64,000 nt of DNA. It comes from a virus (Duplodnaviria; Caudoviricetes). Numbering within the stretch: position 1 is the stretch's first letter; each line of letters begins with the position of its first letter. Below, one piece after another: positions 58,997-64,000 of the stretch. The notes below the pieces were generated by a model. The model had not been told where the DNA came from. It worked only from the letters and a program-made list of their open reading frames with translations, and did no database searches. The translations under genes were made by a program, and so were the position numbers. The DNA lies in IMG/VR virus record IMGVR_UViG_3300044949_001928, positions 1,115 to 65,114 of that record; one strand, given 5' to 3'.

Positions 58997-60160
58997 TCAA
59001 GCCGCCGGAGCGGCTGTGGTCATGGCGGCCAGGTCTGCCGGGTCGGCGAGGCCCTGGCCCCAGGTGGCGGGGGATTCGTCGTCGGGGTCGGAGCCGACAC
59101 CGGACTCGTCGGCCAGGTCGACATCGTCCTCGTGGTGATCGGGAACGGTGGTGGCTGGAGCGAGAGAGTGGCTCAACCGGTTGGTAGCAGCGGCGGCGGC
59201 AACGCGACGAGCCACCGCCTCCTCCTCCGCTGCTTCCCCGGCTCGCGTGCAACCCACTCCCAGGTCGGCGCCGGTGCGGCTGTCCTGCCCGGCGTTCCAG
59301 GCCCGGATTGTCGCGGGGAGGTTTAGGGCTTGGTTCAGGATCTGGGCCTGCAGCTTGGGAGGCATGGCCTCCAGCGGCTTCCCATCATTGCACTGCGTCA
59401 GAAGCGCTTGCATCCCGATCGCAGTCAGCCCCACGGCGCGGGCTTTGGCCCGGATCTGATCGGGAATAGACATCGGAGGGGCGCCTTCGTCAAGCCAGGC
59501 GGCCATTTCGGCGCCCAGGGGCTCGCCTGGGTTTTGCAGGTACTGGTCCTGAAACTTGCCGGAGCGGTCTTTGATGACCGTGAGAATATGTTCGGTCGAC
59601 AGTTCTAGCAACATGTCAAATTCATATTCAATGCCTTTACCTTGCTCTGGGCTCAGACCAACCCGGACAGGCTTGTCCTTGCCGTTGCGGTCTTTCTCGG
59701 TTGTCCACTCTGTTTTGGATCGCATGGTTGCGATCACGTGGCCAGGGTAGTCAAGAATTGCGTCAATAAGTTTCCTTTGCTTGGGAGTGCCATCGCTCCA
59801 GGCACTCCAGGTGTTGCCTTTGTACTTGGCCTTGGCAAGCGCGTCAACCTCAGTCAGGAGCTCCTGCCAGGCGTGGGTAAGGCTGTCAATGATCAGCACT
59901 CCATAGCCCGCTTCGCCCGCTTCGTGAATTGCGGTCACATAGTCACTAATTCGATGCTGGCCGGTACCCAGGTCGCAAACATCAAAATCAAACCGGTCCG
60001 CGTACTTACTTGCAGTACGGCGCTCGCTGTCGATGACGGCAATGCGGCCACCGATGCCAGTGGCAAGGCGGAGTGATGTGAAAGTCTTGCCGGCCCCTGA
60101 CGGCCCAAAAATTGCCGCTCGAAGTTTTGCGGCTTCTTTGGTGGCCTTTTTGAAAGCCAT
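58997..60160 (-). CDS. Sak4-like AAA/RecA-fold annealing ATPase
   Basis: GPSGAGKT, VIDSE, LIIDSLTHAW, HVIATMRSK, EYEFD; adjacent to ssb. Confidence 0.82.
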   Translation of the reverse strand: MAFKKATKEAAKLRAAIFGPSGAGKTFTSLRLATGIGGRIAVIDSERRTASKYADRFDFDVCDLGTGQHRISDYVTAIHEAGEAGYGVLIIDSLTHAWQELLTEVDALAKAKYKGNTWSAWSDGTPKQRKLIDAILDYPGHVIATMRSKTEWTTEKDRNGKDKPVRVGLSPEQGKGIEYEFDMLLELSTEHILTVIKDRSGKFQDQYLQNPGEPLGAEMAAWLDEGAPPMSIPDQIRAKARAVGLTAIGMQALLTQCNDGKPLEAMPPKLQAQILNQALNLPATIRAWNAGQDSRTGADLGVGCTRAGEAAEEEAVARRVAAAAATNRLSHSLAPATTVPDHHEDDVDLADESGVGSDPDDESPATWGQGLADPADLAAMTTAAPAA

Positions 60161-60231
60161 GGTCTTTTGCGGTGTGGCCAGCACATCATAGCACGGCGGT
60201 TCAGGATCCGCATCGTCTGACCCGCCGCCGC

Positions 60232-60669
60232 TCACCCGTGGGCGCCAAACGGTCCCGACACGATCGCCTGCGCCTCCTCGACGGATCGGGCGACACCAGC
60301 CAGCCCGCCAAGGCCGCGGACCATTTGGATGAAACTCGCCTGCTCCGGTGTCGGGCGGGTCGCTGCCTTGAACTCAACCGCCGAGAACACCGCCACCCGG
60401 CGGCCAACGTGCTCGGGCAGGATCAGCCGCGAGGACAGGCCGATGCTATCCGAGCTGCCAGGGCACAAGCCGGCACGCAGGGGGCGGGCGGCGCGGATCA
60501 CAATGTCCCCAGGGCGGAGCGACGCACCTACGGCGCCGCGGTTGCTATCGGTCACCTTGTCGGTTCTCCCAACCCAGCCGGTCCCCACGTTGTTCCGGTA
60601 CATCCTGGTATGTTCGCCGGCCATTGCCAGAATCGCTCTTTGTTGCACTTCGTGCTCACGGCTGGCCAT
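60232..60669 (-). CDS. VRR-Nuc family nuclease
   Basis: YRNNVG, GLCPGSSD.IG, AVEFK...TPEQASF...GGLAGVARS. Confidence 0.85.
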   Translation of the reverse strand: MASREHEVQQRAILAMAGEHTRMYRNNVGTGWVGRTDKVTDSNRGAVGASLRPGDIVIRAARPLRAGLCPGSSDSIGLSSRLILPEHVGRRVAVFSAVEFKAATRPTPEQASFIQMVRGLGGLAGVARSVEEAQAIVSGPFGAHG

Positions 60670-60720
60670 GGTGGTGCTTGGTGGGAATGCCATGGTGCCA
60701 CAACCAACCGGAAACCTGGT

Positions 60721-61014
60721 GTGTCTGCGAAGGGCAGCGTGCCGCGGCGAATCTCCACTCGCACCCTGGTCATCGCCTGCAGCGTGCTGGCGTTGCTGGC
60801 GCTCGCCTACCGGACCGCGTACATCGTGGACTGCCGGCGATCGACCGGCCGCCTTGAGCGCTGTTGGCAGGAGGGCCCGCTGGTGATCTCCATCGACGAG
60901 GCCATGCGGCTGGCGACCATCTCAGGCCTGGCGGGCTGGGCTGGATTTAACACCTACAACCCTGGGCTAAGCGCCCCTCGTAAACGCGATCCCAAACAAC
61001 CCCCACCGCAATGA
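60721..61014 (+). CDS. Putative holin-like membrane protein
   Basis: GTG after a GGAAACCT motif; hydrophobic segments; coupled to the endolysin. Confidence 0.5.
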   Translation: MSAKGSVPRRISTRTLVIACSVLALLALAYRTAYIVDCRRSTGRLERCWQEGPLVISIDEAMRLATISGLAGWAGFNTYNPGLSAPRKRDPKQPPPQ

Positions 61015-62240
61015 GCACTCCCACCACGGTCCCGATCGGGAACTTTGTCGACCACTTGGACATGGCCAAGCCGCACCACAGGGCGTTCTTCCAGTGGGTG
61101 CTCGAACGGCTGCAGCAGCTGGACCCCACCGCGCTGCGGCGAGACTCGGAGGGCTATGCCATCTGGCAGGGTGCCGTGCCCAGTAAGGCCTTGGCCTTCG
61201 CCTTGCCCCTCGTGCAGGAGTTCGAGGGATGCAAGCTGACGGCCTATCCCGATCCCGGCACCGGCGGCGAGCCGTGGACGATCGGGTGGGGGAGCACCGG
61301 CTACGGCGACGGCCGGCCGGTGCGGCAGGGGGACACCATCACCCAGGCCGAAGCCGATGAGCTGCTGACCCAGCGGCTGGAGCGGGACTACAAGGTGCTG
61401 GCGGGGCGCATCCCGCGGTGGGGGGAACTGAATGCCCACCAGCAGGCGGCGCTGCTGTCGTTCTCCTACAACGTGGGGGTGAACTGGTACGACAGCGAGG
61501 GGTTTGCCACGATCAGCACGTACATTCGCGGCTGGCATCTGCCGCTAGTACCGGGGGCCATGCTCCTCTACGTCAACCCAGGGACGCGCGTGGAGGAGGG
61601 TCTGCGGCGCAGGAGGGTGGCCGAGGGGAAGCTGTTCACATCTGGTGGGCCAGCACCGGCACCAACACCGGCAGCAGCTGCGCCCACGGCTCCGAGTGAG
61701 TGGGCTACCAGGGTGAGGGCACTGAACCTCAGCCAACCGGATTCGAGCACCTGCCAGGCAACGTGCATCGCCATGGCGGTCAGGGATCCCGACATCATGG
61801 CGATTCGCCGCAAACTGGTGAACATTGGATCAGCTGGAGACCCTGCGGTTATGAGGCGGGTGATTCAGTCCTACAATGTCAAGTATGAATACGATGGTAA
61901 CGCTAGCCTGGAAAAGGTATACGGCTGGCTCAAGGCTGGTGAACTGCTCATCACCCACGGCTGGTTTACTGGGAGTGGTCATGTCATCTGCCTCGATGGG
62001 TTGAAGAAAAAACCGGACGGCTCGCATGACATAAGTGTCAAAGATCCATGGTCTAAATTCAACGCAGAATCCTGGGGATACAATAGCTCAGAGAAGTTCT
62101 ACGATGGCTTCTATAGCGACCGCGAGATCTATGCGGCTTGCGTTGCGGGCGCCGGTGCTGGCGATGCTAGGCGCATTTACCAGTCCGGCGCCTTTGACGC
62201 AAAACGAGGCGGGATGTGGGTTCACCGGTTCCTGGTGTAG
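61011..62240 (+). CDS. Endolysin: GH24 lysozyme plus C39-like peptidase
   Basis: FEGCKLTAYPDP...WTIGWG, ALLSFSYNVG, GLRRRRVAE; then SQPDSSTCQ...GHVI...VKDPW. Confidence 0.9.
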   Translation: MSTPTTVPIGNFVDHLDMAKPHHRAFFQWVLERLQQLDPTALRRDSEGYAIWQGAVPSKALAFALPLVQEFEGCKLTAYPDPGTGGEPWTIGWGSTGYGDGRPVRQGDTITQAEADELLTQRLERDYKVLAGRIPRWGELNAHQQAALLSFSYNVGVNWYDSEGFATISTYIRGWHLPLVPGAMLLYVNPGTRVEEGLRRRRVAEGKLFTSGGPAPAPTPAAAAPTAPSEWATRVRALNLSQPDSSTCQATCIAMAVRDPDIMAIRRKLVNIGSAGDPAVMRRVIQSYNVKYEYDGNASLEKVYGWLKAGELLITHGWFTGSGHVICLDGLKKKPDGSHDISVKDPWSKFNAESWGYNSSEKFYDGFYSDREIYAACVAGAGAGDARRIYQSGAFDAKRGGMWVHRFLV

Positions 62241-62293
62241 GATTCACTGGTAAACACGGAGCGGCTGGCACTGTTTCCGTGTTGATCGTCCTC

Positions 62294-62539
62294 TCAGGTT
62301 TTGGCCTGGGGGGATTTCGCCTTTCGGGCCCGCCGCATCCGCAGGCGGTTTTCCTCTTTGCCAGCCGGTGAGCCACGCCAGCAACGTGAGCACAAGGGGG
62401 CGGTTTTGGCGCTCCGGATCTGGCAGCCGCAGGGGCAGACTGCCAGCGGTGGTAGCTCGCCCCGCTGGCGCTGCCGATGGCGCTTGACGCGATCACTGGA
62501 GGGGGAGGGGTCAGGCACTGGGGGTGCCGAGTCCGTCAA
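62294..62539 (-). CDS. Small basic Zn-finger-like protein
   Basis: CPCG...LCSRCW flanked by Arg-rich segments. Confidence 0.6.
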   Translation of the reverse strand: MTDSAPPVPDPSPSSDRVKRHRQRQRGELPPLAVCPCGCQIRSAKTAPLCSRCWRGSPAGKEENRLRMRRARKAKSPQAKT

Positions 62540-63146
62540 TCATGTGCATTACGGCGGAGTAAACGCTGGTGGTTTCTTCTTGGACCAAAAAAAGCTGGTT
62601 ATTTGTCGCTTTAATACATGTTCTTCTTGTGCCGCCACTATCGGCCGCTATTTGTTGTATCGAAATAATCGTTGAAGGATCTAGGTAAATCAGCTCTCCT
62701 GTTCTCCAATTTGTCAATTCGATGAACTGGGTGGCTTTGGTCATGGTGTGCGTGGTGCGGTGGGGTAAAACAGTTTCGGGTACAGAGGCGCGGGCTAGGG
62801 CATCCCGCGAACCGTCACGAGCGTGCGCGGCATCGCGGTAGGCGGGGCTGCAGCCTTCGCGTCTCCATAGGTGATCAGCGGCCCGAGCGATGGCCCAGTG
62901 GGCTTGCCGGAGAGCTCCGATGAGATTGTCGGAAGGCGGCATGGTGGTATGGGATGCTGTGGGGTGGAGAGGGCGGAAGGAGGCCCCGTGCAAATGAGCC
63001 GCAGGGGCCCGGCTGACGGCGCCTGAAGCGACGCGCCCAGTCATCACCACGGACGGCCGCGATGCCGAGCATGCTGCCGATAAAAACGCCAAAAGCCAAA
63101 GCCAGAATTAAATCAATCACGGGAACTCCGGGGAGATGAGCAAGGA

Positions 63147-63401
63147 TCAGGCTTGACTGGCGTGATACAGCCACGCTTCCGCGTATGTCTGCACTTCCGC
63201 CAGCTTGGCAAATGCCTCTTCTCGCTCTTTGCGGGCCCGTTGCCAGGCATCGTCTCCCTGCGGGTAGAAGTCGCGGGCGTTGCAGGTTGCGGCTTCCAGC
63301 GCTTTACTGGCGGCTTCAAGTGCATCGGAGACAGCGCGGTACTCGCGAACTAGCGACTTAGCGCTGGTTCCGTTGAGGTGAATCGTTGGCAAAGTGGTCA
63401 T
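63147..63401 (-). CDS. Hypothetical early protein
   Basis: PTIHLNGTS...NARDFYPQG; hairpin repeat upstream. Confidence 0.65.
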   Translation of the reverse strand: MTTLPTIHLNGTSAKSLVREYRAVSDALEAASKALEAATCNARDFYPQGDDAWQRARKEREEAFAKLAEVQTYAEAWLYHASQA

Positions 63402-63427
63402 GACTGGAAGGTGAATGATGTGATGTT

Positions 63428-63765
63428 GCCGGATAGGCTCCGGCGGGCTGGGGTGAATGGGTTAGGCCTGCTCCCAATTTATATGAGCCTGGCGCTTATG
63501 CTCTTCTCCCCAGGTGTAAAGACCCCAACGGGACGGGGTTAAAACGAATCCTTCTCGGCCAAATCCGGCAACTTGACCATTTCCGTTACGCAGGACGCCA
63601 AACCTCTGAAAACAAAGGCGCAGTTTGTCATCAATCGAATCGGGAAGAGCGGTGCCCGTGTATCTTGCCGCAGAACGACGCAGGATGTCCATTTCGGAGG
63701 GGGTGTAGCTGTTCATGGCGTGGGATAGGGTGATGGGTGGGTAGGCCGGATAGGCTCCGGCGGGC
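63428..63765. repeat. Two identical 21-nt intergenic hairpin repeats
   Basis: GCCGGATAGGCTCCGGCGGGC at 63428 and 63745. Confidence 0.85.
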
Positions 63766-64000
63766 CTGGAAAAATTAGCCATTAGCCAGCCAATGGCGGG
63801 CTTCCGTTTCGGTCATGTCGTCAGTAATTGGCCAGCTGTCAACTTGAAAACAGGTAACCCGTTCCCACGAATAGCCGGTCCACATGCCGGTACGGTGGTT
63901 GAAGCGAATGGAGCGACCGCAGGGCCTGGAAGGATCGGTGCTGCTGCTGCTGCTGCTCATGGCTGGCGGCGGCGGTGTGGCGTGGTGTTGCCGGGATTGG

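Noticed and set aside
1-64000. Prophage boundaries, integrase or host genes
   Set aside because: No recombinase, att-like repeat or host operon seen; tmk, thyX and dcd sit within phage gene context

Overview
The window is almost entirely one GC-rich, long-tailed (siphovirus-like) phage genome. NblA-like, cyanobacterial AbrB-like and group-3 sigma genes suggest a picocyanobacterial host; this is an inference. Gene order: SF2 helicase (cut by the window edge), double-RHH regulator, primase-helicase and a GGAAC-repeat putative origin; terS, tmk, a degenerate lysozyme, terL and a sigma factor; portal and MuF; a cluster of very basic proteins; head-tail and tail genes with a GGGAAAG -1 frameshift; scaffold and major capsid placed after the tail; fibre/adhesin genes; Gp157 and thyX; a minus-strand array of small early genes with dcd, SSB, a Sak4-like ATPase and VRR-Nuc; and a holin-endolysin pair. 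I saw no integrase, reverse transcriptase, tRNA, rRNA or CRISPR array. Main observations: (1) a circularly permuted FGE-sulfatase/C-type-lectin gene preceded by four in-frame DGR-style variable cassettes, with no RT or template repeat in view; (2) 19 copies of a GGAAACCT motif marking a probable phage-sigma late regulon; (3) four MAR-x-[YC]-KRD-xx-GRF genes, one a 17-aa motif-only peptide with its own copy of the motif; (4) several families of identical 20-26-nt gene-junction repeats. Family assignments come from motifs recognised by eye, not from database searches.
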